64,000 nucleotides of DNA from Candidatus Omnitrophota bacterium. Lineage in GTDB: Bacteria; Omnitrophota; Gorgyraeia; B26-G9. Below are positions 64,000 to 64,000 of the stretch, in pieces (within the stretch, counting starts at the first letter, position 1; every line of letters begins with the position of its first letter). The stretch covers positions 34,471 through 98,470 of the forward strand of contig JBDRJV010000013.1 of NCBI GenBank assembly GCA_043814605.1. Direction: 5' to 3'. The notes below the pieces were generated by a model. That model ran no database searches, was not told where the DNA came from, and worked only from the letters and a program-made list of their open reading frames with translations. Made by a program: the position numbers and the translations under genes.

Positions 64000-64000
64000 T

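Overview
AT-rich bacterial chromosome segment with most genes on the minus strand. Gene content and protein styles suggest an anaerobic PVC-group organism such as Candidatus Omnitrophota (inference only). Left part: amt with an ANTAR-type leader, an ECF-like sigma gene, GH26, a GGDEF protein, a MOMP-like porin, a Fur-led Fe-S/metal-cofactor operon (NifX/COG1149/DUF5320/DUF169/DUF89/IscU) and typA. Middle (about 20.9-50.6 kb): an accessory array at the 3' end of tRNA-Asn(GUU), divided by at least nine copies of the tRNA 3' end, most with a hairpin on one side and a serine-recombinase-like peptide tail or fold-back repeat on the other. No integrase gene is present. Cargo includes perR/ferritin-like/prx/katG, permeases, an AEP-helicase-PLD protein, AlbA-HATPase, MNT/HEPN, DUF2075+MazG and AbiE. 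The tRNA-Asn is split at anticodon position 35/36 by a group I intron carrying an HNH ORF. Right part: recR, dnaX, a Ca/Na antiporter, a TamB-like gene and small genes. Five unrelated enzymes across the window share a C-terminal [ED]-Q-A-I-like tail, and four of them share an N-terminal leader (Q-x5-N...L-[AS]-P), suggesting an undescribed bipartite export/targeting system.
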